From NCBI GenBank assembly GCA_965216875.1, contig OZ244207.1, positions 4,544,001-4,608,000 on the forward strand: a stretch of 64,000 nucleotides of DNA. The letters are read 5' to 3'. Under the pieces are notes generated by a model. The model made no database searches. It was not told the DNA's origin and worked only from the letters and a program-made list of their open reading frames with translations. This document shows, in pieces, positions 40,706-49,715 of this stretch; within the stretch, counting starts at the first letter, position 1, and every line of letters begins with the position of its first letter. The stretch comes from Rubripirellula sp. (GTDB lineage: Bacteria; Planctomycetota; Planctomycetia; Pirellulales; Pirellulaceae). The translations under genes were made by a program, and so were the position numbers.

Positions 40706-41067
40706 TACCGCGTTGTTTGAAAGGAGCACGTAGGCAGAGGAGCACTTTCAGCCAAGAATCAGCAAGCATCCAAGGTTCGTGAAGAACCCCACGGTCACTG
40801 ATTTTGCCTGACAAAATGGTGCACATCTGCGTATGATAGACGGCTCTTTCATTTGTGTGGACAACTTTTCCATAAGTCCGCCCGGATGGGGGAGTCGCTG
40901 GAAGCGTGCCCCATAAAAAAAATCGGCTCGCTCGAGGGTTTGGTGGGAACTTTCGCTCGCGAGACGTGTCCAACCCCGGCTCAGTTATGTGTCGACACCG
41001 GAAATCTCAAGCCGGAATGTCGAAAACAGGCTGCTCCACGAGGGTATTTTTGATTCAGGCAGCATTA

Positions 41068-44058
41068 ATGGCTAAACGTTCACTACCGCGGACGAAGTCA
41101 CGACCAGTCGCGCGTCGGCGTCGACTGATTGTCGAGCATTTGGGTGAGCGCCGAGTGCTGGCGTCGATCACCGGTGCTGTCTTTGATGATGCCAATTTTT
41201 CGTTTCGCCAAGACGATGGTGAAGCGAATGTGCCCAGTCGACTGATCTACATCGACTCTAACGCGAACGCCAAGCTCGACGTCGGCGAACAGTTCGTGGT
41301 GGCAGAACCGGATGGCACCTTCGAGTTCGGTGATCTCGCCGACGGCACCTACCACCTGCGACTCTTCAACGGCACCGATTCTCAACAGCAAACCGCTCCG
41401 GTCGAAGCAACGGTCGTTGGAGAAACGATCAGCATCTCGGGCTCTCAGTTCCTTTTGTCCGATGGCCCCATCGTGCTCGGACAATCAAGCCTTGCGTTCG
41501 GGAACTTGGAATCTGGCCAGAGCCAAGATGTGCCCATCGCATCGGCGCTGACCAAGATGCAGGCTCTTCCTGATGGCACACTGCTGGTGATCGGGAGTGA
41601 TGGAAACGGCGAAACCGCTTGGGTTGTCGACCCCGACGATCAATCCGTTACTCCGGTCGACGCGGCTGACGAAGCGGTGACGTGGTCCGACGTAGCGATC
41701 GACGGCGAAGGACGCGGCCTGTTGGTCGGCGAAACGGGATCGGTTGCAACACTCTTTTCGGTCGATGCAACAAGCCCGGCGACTGGCATTCAAATCGAAG
41801 CGACAGCAACAAACCTGCCGATCGGGGCACAGGTCATCGCCGCCGACAATGGTCCTCGCAGCGTGATCGCTTCGACCGTCGGCAACGGACTTGAGCTTTC
41901 GCTTTGGAGCAACGCCGAAGCGACAACCATCACCACCGAACCGGTCGAAGTGAGCGGTGGACTCGAACTGCTGGCCTATGACGACGCTGCTGGTCTGGTC
42001 GCACTTCGAACGATTTCGGGTGGTGTCAGCGTTCACGATGTGAACCAAGACTTTGCCACACTCCACGCACTTCCCGATGTTGACGGACCGGTCGCGATCG
42101 ACGGCAGTCGCGATCTACTAGTAACCGTTTCACCGGTCGACGCGATGTTGCGATTGATCGACATTCGAAACGGCGGTCTGATTGCCGACCTTGCCCTTGA
42201 TACATCCATCATTGGTCAAGTCAGTGCACTCGCCATTGGCGATCGAGCCGATGCGATCGTCATGCTCGGTGCGGCCGGAGTGACGGAAGTCGCACTGAAC
42301 AAGGCTTCGTCGAAAACAGTACAGGTCAATGGCGATCAAAACATCGACTCAGTCTTGTTTGGTGTTTCGCTAGCCGATCAAAACAACGCCCCCGACTACG
42401 AGTCTTTCCCGGTCCTTTCGACCATGGAAGACACGCGATTGATCGAAGTGGCGCCCACGGCCCTCAATGGCGCAATCGATCTTGAAAACGACGAGTTCGT
42501 TCTCATCCAAGAAAGCAACGCAGCCAATGGCGAGGCTGTCCTGTCGCTTCGCGGCGACGTCGACTACACGCCGAACGACAATTTCTCCGGCATCGACCGG
42601 GTCATGGTTCGGCTGCATGACGGCCGCTCACTATCGGACCCCATCGCATTGCCGATCCAAGTGATTGGTACTCCCGATCCACCGATCGACATTGACGTCA
42701 GCGACGACCCAATCCCCGAGAACATTCGTCCCCGTCGGCCGGTCGCTGACATTGAAGTGATCGACGTCGATCTCGACCACAACCACGTCATTACCCTGAA
42801 CGACGGACGTTTCGAAGTCATCAATGGCGAAATTGTCTTTGTCCGCGGCCACATCGACTTCGAAGGCGAACCCTTCATCATCCTCGACATCGACATCCAC
42901 GATGAAGAAGCTGGTGAGACCATCTATCGAACGGCAACGTTCCGCGTGCAGGATGAAAATGACCCTGTCACCGCCATCACGCCAAACAACGGATCCATTG
43001 GCGAGAACGAATTTGGCGGCAGCATCGTTACCCTGACGGTCGAAGACCAGGACGCCTGGCAAACCCACGAGTTCGCCGTTGATGACGATCGTTTCTTTGT
43101 CGAAGGCAACGAGCTAAAGCTCAAGCCCGACCAATCGATCGACTACGAGCTTGAACAGCAAGTGATCGTCAATGTCACTGCCAATGATGGACACGGCAGT
43201 TCACTTACCAAGCCGGTCACGGTGTTCGTACTCGATATAGACGAAAACCCTCACTCGCTTGACCTGACCGATCATGCCGTCGTTGAACTCACCCCCGGAG
43301 CCTCGGCGGGTCACGTCATCATCAACGATGCTCCACCGAATGCTCGGTTTGAAATCACGGTCGATGACCCCCGTTTTGAAGTCGACGGAGACCAGCTGAA
43401 ACTTCTCGAGGACCAATTCGTCGAGCGTGCCGAACAAGAAGAGATTGAACTGACCATCGCCGCCACGGACACCGATGGCGAATTACAGTCCATCGAAGAA
43501 ACGTTCATCATCACGGTCTTTGAAAACGCTGCTCCCTACCACAACGATTCCAATCCTTACGATGTTGAACGCAGCGGCGATGTCACCGCCGTCGACGCAT
43601 TGGTGATCATCAACTTCTTGAACTCGTTCGGACCGGGACCGGTTGGACGCGCTGCCCCGACGCACTATTACGACGTCAACGCCGACGGCATGGTGACGGC
43701 ACTCGACGCACTCTTGGTCCTCAACGAAATCAACCGTGCCAACAACACCGGCACGGTCGGTTCGGAACAGCAGCAACGAAGCAAATACGAATCCACACCG
43801 TCGAAGCCGCAATCCGAGATCCAAGCGGCGCCAGAAGAAGCCAGCTCAAACGATGAGAGTGAAACGGATCCTGTTGTTGCATCGAACAGGGAAGAGCTCT
43901 TCAGTAACTGGGCTGGCAAAAGCTCGACACGCTCCGCTGGTTCGGCATTGCCAAGTGCAGCACCGTTGGCATCCGACCTTCAAGACGATGACGATGACAA
44001 CGATGGCATCTCGCCATCGGTCGATGAAACCATCGACCTACTGTCCTCCGATCAGTAG
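41068..44058 (+). CDS. Large secreted protein: planctomycete export leader, SdrD-B-like, beta-propeller, cadherin-like repeats, dockerin type I
   Basis: RRRRLIVEHLGERRVLA; ITGAVFDD; DYE/DFE...DxDE cadherin motifs; NPYDVERSGDVTAVDALVIINFL and DVNADGMVTALDALLVLN. Confidence 0.88.
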   Translation: MAKRSLPRTKSRPVARRRRLIVEHLGERRVLASITGAVFDDANFSFRQDDGEANVPSRLIYIDSNANAKLDVGEQFVVAEPDGTFEFGDLADGTYHLRLFNGTDSQQQTAPVEATVVGETISISGSQFLLSDGPIVLGQSSLAFGNLESGQSQDVPIASALTKMQALPDGTLLVIGSDGNGETAWVVDPDDQSVTPVDAADEAVTWSDVAIDGEGRGLLVGETGSVATLFSVDATSPATGIQIEATATNLPIGAQVIAADNGPRSVIASTVGNGLELSLWSNAEATTITTEPVEVSGGLELLAYDDAAGLVALRTISGGVSVHDVNQDFATLHALPDVDGPVAIDGSRDLLVTVSPVDAMLRLIDIRNGGLIADLALDTSIIGQVSALAIGDRADAIVMLGAAGVTEVALNKASSKTVQVNGDQNIDSVLFGVSLADQNNAPDYESFPVLSTMEDTRLIEVAPTALNGAIDLENDEFVLIQESNAANGEAVLSLRGDVDYTPNDNFSGIDRVMVRLHDGRSLSDPIALPIQVIGTPDPPIDIDVSDDPIPENIRPRRPVADIEVIDVDLDHNHVITLNDGRFEVINGEIVFVRGHIDFEGEPFIILDIDIHDEEAGETIYRTATFRVQDENDPVTAITPNNGSIGENEFGGSIVTLTVEDQDAWQTHEFAVDDDRFFVEGNELKLKPDQSIDYELEQQVIVNVTANDGHGSSLTKPVTVFVLDIDENPHSLDLTDHAVVELTPGASAGHVIINDAPPNARFEITVDDPRFEVDGDQLKLLEDQFVERAEQEEIELTIAATDTDGELQSIEETFIITVFENAAPYHNDSNPYDVERSGDVTAVDALVIINFLNSFGPGPVGRAAPTHYYDVNADGMVTALDALLVLNEINRANNTGTVGSEQQQRSKYESTPSKPQSEIQAAPEEASSNDESETDPVVASNREELFSNWAGKSSTRSAGSALPSAAPLASDLQDDDDDNDGISPSVDETIDLLSSDQ

Positions 44059-44085
44059 TCCGCCGAGAGGTAAGATTATCTGGGT

Positions 44086-44607
44086 TGTGAGCCGAACGCG
44101 CTAGCGTCGGGCCTTTCCGCCAACCCCCAACGGCTAACTCCACAGGCCGTAACTACCTTCGCCAGAAGGTGGTTTGCATTGGTAGATCGTGTTCCACTTT
44201 CACCACGCTCTGGCGAGCGTAGCTACCCAGGTGCGATGCCTTTCCGCCAACCTTGAACGGTTAGTTCCACAGGCCGTAGCTACCTTCGCCAGAAGGTGGT
44301 TTGCATTGGTAGATCGTGTTCCACTTTCACCACGCTCTGGCGAGCGTAGCTACCTAGGTGCGATGCCTTTCCGCCAACCTTGAACGGTTAGTTCCACAGG
44401 CCGTAGCTACCTTCGCCAGAAGGTGGTTTGCATTGGTAGACCGTGTTCCACTTTCACCACGCTCTGGCGAGCGTAGCTACGTAGGTGCGATGCCTTTCCG
44501 CCAACCTTGAACGGTTAGTTCCACAGGCCGTAGCTACCTTCGCCAGAAGGTGGTTTGCATTGGTAGACCGTGTTCCACTTTCACCACGCTCTGGCGAGCG
44601 TAGCTAC
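44086..44607. repeat. BIME-like tandem array: ~3.9 copies of a 127 bp unit, each a GTAG-REP doublet
   Basis: Units start at 44112, 44239, 44366, 44493; near-identical; preceded by a GTGAGCC-type REP at 44086-44113. Confidence 0.95.
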
Positions 44608-44623
44608 AAACTGCGACCTTGGA

Positions 44624-47600
44624 CTAACGCCCCGGTTTGGTCATCATCAACTTGTAGTGGCCGCTTCCTAACAGGTCATCGATCCTATCCCGCAATTCGG
44701 TCGTCACTTCAACTCGATAACGATCGCTCTTGAGGTGAACGACTTCGCCTTCGGCCATTTCCATGCTGAAGAGCAATTCTTGCGACCCTGGATAACCACG
44801 CAGAATCTCACGCAACCGCGTCATCGTTTCGGCATCATGCGTCTGCTCTTCTAGGCGAATCCGCATCCCGTGGGTGTAGCGTGTATCAAGGTCGTCGATG
44901 GGGATCAGGTCATCGATGATCAGGTTCGCTTCGTCACCGCCGCGGCGGTCGATCTTACCTTTGGCCAAGACCACCGCATCAGGCTGGACGCGTTCGCCGC
45001 AGACGGCGAAACCCTTTGGCCAAACAATACAGCGAATGCCGCCTTGCATGTCCTCCAAGTCAAAGTTGGCGTACTTGCTCGGGTTGCCCGGCTTTGCGTT
45101 CTTGGTGTGAGCGAGTTTGATTGACGAAATCATGCCGCCCAGGACGACTTCGCCGCGATCTTTCACATCCGCGAGCTTGTCGGTGGTGTGCGTTCGGAAG
45201 GACGCAAGCTTTTGCTCGAACTCGGCCAACGGGTGGCTGGCAAGGTAGAAGCCAAGCACTTCTTTTTCGGCGAGCAACTTTTCGCGTTCTGGCCACTCGT
45301 CCATCTCAGGCATCGGCACGCCTGGCGTCTGTGCTTCTGCCTCATCTTCCTCTTCAAAGGCACCGAACAGGCTTGCTTGGCCACTCTTTTTGTCGGCCTG
45401 GACCGACGCGCCCGCTTGCAGCGCCCGTTCGATCACGGCAGCGAGCTGGCTGCGATGATACCCAAAACAGTCCATCGATCCTGATTTGATCAGCGTCTCG
45501 ATCGCGCTTTTGTTGCACTGAGATGGATCGATGCGTTCACAGAAATCGAAGATATCGCGGAAGGGTCCATTTTTCTTGCGTTCGGCTTCGATCGCGCCGG
45601 CTGCGTTGCCGCAACCTTTGATTGCCGAAAGCGCGAAGTGGATCTTTCCATCGGCAACCGAAAAGTCGGCTTCGCTGGTGTTGACCGAAGGATGGACCAC
45701 TTCGATGTCCATTCGGTCACAGTCCTCCATGTGCTCGACCAGCGCATCCTTACGTTTGAAGTTGCGGCCCGAAATGTCACTCGATAGCAGCGACGCCATA
45801 AACTCAACCGGATAGTGAGCTTTGAGGTACGCAGTTTGGAACGCGACCAAGGCGTAAGCGGTCGAGTGAGACTTGTTGAAGCCGTAGCCGGCGAACTTGA
45901 CGATCAAGTTCCAAATATCCTCGCCGTCCTTTTCGGCCAAACCATTTTCCACACAGCCCTTGATGAAGACCTCGTGGTTCTGGTTGATCAGTGCTTCTTT
46001 CTTTTTACTAATCGCCTTAATACAGGTGTACGCTTTGGCCAGCGGAACATTGCCGAGGCGGTTCAAAATCCGCATCACCTGTTCCTGATAGACCATGATC
46101 GAGTTGGTCTCTTCGAGCACATCTTTCAACACAGGGTGCTTGTACTCAGGCTGCTGACGACCATGTTTGATGTTCACATAGTCGTCGACCATGCCACCTT
46201 CGAGCGGGCCTGGGCGATACAACGCGGCGGTCGCAATGATGTCGGTAAAATGGTCAGGCTTCATCCGCAACAAGAGGTCACGAATACCGCCTGATTCGAG
46301 CTGAAAGACCCCCTTGGTTTCACCGCGTTGCAGCAGCGCGTAGGTTTCTCGGTCATCAAGTGGAAACTTAAGTGGGTCAACCACTTTGCCGGTCGTCTGT
46401 TCGATCAACTGGACCGAACGACTGAGCATCGTCAGGTTGCGAAGACCGAGAAAGTCCATCTTCAACAGTCCCGACGCTTCCACGTCGTTCATCGACCACT
46501 GGGTGATGACGTCCTGTTTACCGGGCACGCGTGTCAGCGGCACGTACTCGGTCAGCGGCTTGTCGGCGATCACCACAGCGGCAGCGTGGGTCCCGACGTT
46601 TCGCGCGAGTCCCTCGATCTTCATCGCCAAGTCAAGCAACTCGCGAATCTCGGGATCGCCGTCATAGGTCATTTTCAGATCAGCACTCTTGGACAGGGCT
46701 GATTTGATCGTGATTTTCAGCTCATCGGGGACCATTTCGGTCACCTGATTGACGCGGGCAAGGGGAACGCCCAGCGCGCGGCCGGTGTCCTTGATCGCCG
46801 CCCGAGCCGCCAACGTTCCGAAGGTCCCGATTTGGCAAACCATCTCGTGACCGTAACGCTCCTTCACGTAGTCGATCACTTCGCCGCGACGTTCTTTTTC
46901 GAAGTCGATATCGATATCAGGCGGTTCGGTTCGACTTTCGTCGAGGAATCGTTCGAACAGCAGGTCGTATCGCAGCGGACAGACGTGCGAGAGGAATAGG
47001 GCGTAACAGACGATCGCGCCCACACCACTACCACGGGCGGTGGCCGAAATCCCCTTCTCGCGAGCGTGATTGACAAAGTCCCAAACGATCAAGAAGTACG
47101 TTGGGTAGCCGAGCTTTTCGATCACTCCGAGTTCGCGATCGAGCCGCGCCATCACCTCGTCACTCAGTTTGCCGTCGACGATCCGTTCGTCGTCACCTTC
47201 GTAACGCTGCAGCAAACCGTCGATGCAGAGCTCGCGCAGGTAATCAATCGGCTTCTTTTCATCGGGGCATTCAAAGTTGGGGAAGTAGTACTTGCCCAAT
47301 TGCAGATCGATGTCGACTTTGTCCGCGATCTCTTGGCTGCGTGCGACCGCGTCGTCCAAACCAGGGAACTTCTCGTACATTTGATCGGGACTGCGCAGGA
47401 AGAACTGGTCGTTCTCCATCTTCATCCGCGACGTGTCGGTACGGAATCTTCCGGTGTTGATGCACAACATGATGTCCTGGGCTTCCGCGTCCTCAGGATC
47501 GACGTAGTGCGTGTCGCTGGTCGCGACGAGTGGCAGTCCCATGCGATTGGCAATATCAACGGCGCCATCCAATTGCATCTTTTGAATGTCGACATCGTTG

Positions 47601-48190
47601 TTCATGATTTCGATGAAGTAGCGATCATCGAAAACGTTATGGAACCAACCGGCGATGTCGCGAGCTTCTTTTTCGTGCTCGGCCGTATCGACGCCTTTGA
47701 TCACGGCACGACTGAATTCGCTACTGACACAGCCCGAAAGACAGACGATGCCTTCGTTGTATTTTTCGAGGATCTCCTTATCGATCCGCGGCTTGAAATA
47801 GAAACCTTCAAGCGACGCGGCACTGGCAAGTTTGATCAGGTTGCGAAAGCCGGTCCGATTCTGGGCCAGCAACGTCAGGTGGTAGCTGGCCGCCTTGCTG
47901 CTTGACGCACCCCCTTTGTCAAAACGACTCCCGGGCGCAATGTACGCCTCGTAGCCGATGATTGGGTTGATATCGACCGATTTACACTTGCGGTAGAACT
48001 CCAGGGCGCCGTGCAGGTTGCCGTGGTCCGTCAACGCCAGCGCGTTCATCCCGTGGTCGACGCAGCGATTGACAAGTCGGCCAATATCACCGGCACCATC
48101 GAGCAAGCTGTAGTGGCTGTGGCAGTGCAAATGAACGAAGGGCCGCTTCGCGGCAGGAGTTTCCAATTCGGCAGTGACGGCGTCCGTCAT
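44624..48190 (-). CDS. dnaE: DNA polymerase III alpha subunit
   Basis: PHP HLHCHSHYSLLDG, RGSG, PDIDIDF, KMDFLGL, YGFNKSHS, OB fold. Confidence 0.98.
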   Translation of the reverse strand: MTDAVTAELETPAAKRPFVHLHCHSHYSLLDGAGDIGRLVNRCVDHGMNALALTDHGNLHGALEFYRKCKSVDINPIIGYEAYIAPGSRFDKGGASSSKAASYHLTLLAQNRTGFRNLIKLASAASLEGFYFKPRIDKEILEKYNEGIVCLSGCVSSEFSRAVIKGVDTAEHEKEARDIAGWFHNVFDDRYFIEIMNNDVDIQKMQLDGAVDIANRMGLPLVATSDTHYVDPEDAEAQDIMLCINTGRFRTDTSRMKMENDQFFLRSPDQMYEKFPGLDDAVARSQEIADKVDIDLQLGKYYFPNFECPDEKKPIDYLRELCIDGLLQRYEGDDERIVDGKLSDEVMARLDRELGVIEKLGYPTYFLIVWDFVNHAREKGISATARGSGVGAIVCYALFLSHVCPLRYDLLFERFLDESRTEPPDIDIDFEKERRGEVIDYVKERYGHEMVCQIGTFGTLAARAAIKDTGRALGVPLARVNQVTEMVPDELKITIKSALSKSADLKMTYDGDPEIRELLDLAMKIEGLARNVGTHAAAVVIADKPLTEYVPLTRVPGKQDVITQWSMNDVEASGLLKMDFLGLRNLTMLSRSVQLIEQTTGKVVDPLKFPLDDRETYALLQRGETKGVFQLESGGIRDLLLRMKPDHFTDIIATAALYRPGPLEGGMVDDYVNIKHGRQQPEYKHPVLKDVLEETNSIMVYQEQVMRILNRLGNVPLAKAYTCIKAISKKKEALINQNHEVFIKGCVENGLAEKDGEDIWNLIVKFAGYGFNKSHSTAYALVAFQTAYLKAHYPVEFMASLLSSDISGRNFKRKDALVEHMEDCDRMDIEVVHPSVNTSEADFSVADGKIHFALSAIKGCGNAAGAIEAERKKNGPFRDIFDFCERIDPSQCNKSAIETLIKSGSMDCFGYHRSQLAAVIERALQAGASVQADKKSGQASLFGAFEEEDEAEAQTPGVPMPEMDEWPEREKLLAEKEVLGFYLASHPLAEFEQKLASFRTHTTDKLADVKDRGEVVLGGMISSIKLAHTKNAKPGNPSKYANFDLEDMQGGIRCIVWPKGFAVCGERVQPDAVVLAKGKIDRRGGDEANLIIDDLIPIDDLDTRYTHGMRIRLEEQTHDAETMTRLREILRGYPGSQELLFSMEMAEGEVVHLKSDRYRVEVTTELRDRIDDLLGSGHYKLMMTKPGR

Positions 48191-48432
48191 CAGTCACCTT
48201 CGTGGTTATGAAGAGAGGGGTTCTTGAAGCGAGGGGCTCTCGAAGAGAGGGTCAAAAAGCGGGCGTGCGAAGAGTCCTCAAGAGAGTGCCAGCGGCTTGC
48301 CCTGTAGCCTAGCGTTGATAGCGGCAGGGCGCAAGCGGTTACTCATTAGCGAGGTGCGATCGTCGCATTTCGATGAAAAAACCGCGCCATCTGGCAGGGG
48401 GGATCGAATCGCGACAATTGATTTGCCTCAAG

Positions 48433-48617
48433 GACCGCCCTTTATCCTTGGCGACTGGCGATTTCGTTGCCATAATACGGATTCGGCATTCGTCCGATCG
48501 CAAGAACCCGCTGTCCTTCGTGGCGAAATTGCCGCCGGAGAGGCTTGAAGTCAACACTTGCGAGACTCGATTCGTCGAGTCCCGGACAGAGCATCGCCTG
48601 ATCCACATGGGGCGTCG
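48433..48617 (+). ncRNA. Candidate structured RNA, possibly 6S (SsrS)-like
   Basis: Nested pairings CGCCC/GGGCG, GGCGAT/ATCGCC, TCGCAAG/CTTGCGA, apical CTTCG-TGGCG-AAAT-TGCCG-CCGGAG, side hairpin GACTCGA-TTCG-TCGAGTC; ~185 nt; folded by eye; strand uncertain. Confidence 0.35.
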
Positions 48618-48756
48618 TCGAGTTCGGATGCGTCACTGCGTGAACCACCTCACCGCAGAACTCCCGAGCCCTACGCAGACCCACTGACCGATATCCCTCC
48701 CCACCTGCCGCAGTCGTCGGTCATCCACCAAGTCCACCTACTGGAGCTCACCTTTC

Positions 48757-49710
48757 GTGCAGAAACTCCTCCTGTTCCCATTGCGTTTATGCGTCGGTTG
48801 GGGACTTTCCCCACGCCTGCTCAGTCTGCTGGGGGCGACGATGCTGGTGCTGCTGCGTGTTTCGATCGGCTGGCATTTTTACACCGAAGGCGTCGACAAA
48901 TACCAAACGGGCACCTGGGACGCGACTCCCTTTTTCGCCAACGCGCGTGGCCCCTTTGCCGAAGAGTATCGCAAGCTCGTCTGGGACGCCGATGGCGTGA
49001 TGCGACGCGATGTTGAACAGACCAAGGTCTGGTTCGCAAAGTATCGTGACCGCATTAGCCGGCACTACGGCTATGACGATGCTCAGAAAAAGATCGCTCA
49101 ACAGAACTATGGCGAAGCGATCGGTCGGCTCGAGCAGGTCTTGGCCGAAAACAAAGCCACGATCGAGGAATTCGACCTTGGCCTCGAGCGAATCGCAAAG
49201 CTGGACGACGATGCGATGCGCGATGGTGTGTCGAGCTTGGGCGGCCAGCGCGACACGATTCGCCGCGAGCTAAAAACGCTCGGCGCCCCCGTCTTCGCTC
49301 AGATCGATGCCGTTTGGACAAACTACGAGTCGGCCCAACAGAGCATCGCCAACTCGGAACAAAAAAACGCCCACCCCTCGTTCCCGCTGGGCAAGCCGCG
49401 TCTGGAACGGATGGATACGAACGTGATCAATCGATACGTCCCGTACTTTGACTTGGCGATCGGCCTCTGTTTGCTGCTCGGGTTCTTCACCCCAGTTGCG
49501 GCGTTGGCTGCTGCTGGGTTTCTCGGTTCAGTTTTCCTGAGTCAATACCCGCCCACGACCGGTCCAACTTCTAGCAACTACCAATTGATCGAGTGCATGG
49601 CATGCCTGGTGCTCGCCGCGACCGGCTCAGGTCGTTTCGCAGGCCTCGATTACTTCCTTCATTTAATTGTCCGCAAAGTGTGGGGCATCCGTCCCGCTGA
49701 CAAAGGATAG
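48757..49710 (+). CDS. DoxX family membrane protein with periplasmic insertion
   Basis: LLRVSIGWHFYTEGVDK ... IGLCLLLGFFT ... GRFAGLD; RBS GGAG. Confidence 0.85.
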   Translation: MQKLLLFPLRLCVGWGLSPRLLSLLGATMLVLLRVSIGWHFYTEGVDKYQTGTWDATPFFANARGPFAEEYRKLVWDADGVMRRDVEQTKVWFAKYRDRISRHYGYDDAQKKIAQQNYGEAIGRLEQVLAENKATIEEFDLGLERIAKLDDDAMRDGVSSLGGQRDTIRRELKTLGAPVFAQIDAVWTNYESAQQSIANSEQKNAHPSFPLGKPRLERMDTNVINRYVPYFDLAIGLCLLLGFFTPVAALAAAGFLGSVFLSQYPPTTGPTSSNYQLIECMACLVLAATGSGRFAGLDYFLHLIVRKVWGIRPADKG

Positions 49711-49715
49711 AGAAC

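Noticed and set aside
40856..40874. Two DnaA-box-like 9-mers (TGTGGACAA, TTTTCCATA) as a replication origin
   Set aside because: Only two imperfect boxes, with no AT-rich unwinding element or dnaA context; a regulatory role is not excluded
44112..44607. Possible CRISPR array
   Set aside because: Sequences between the palindromes are identical rather than unique spacers, the period is 127 bp, and there are no cas genes; it is a REP tandem array
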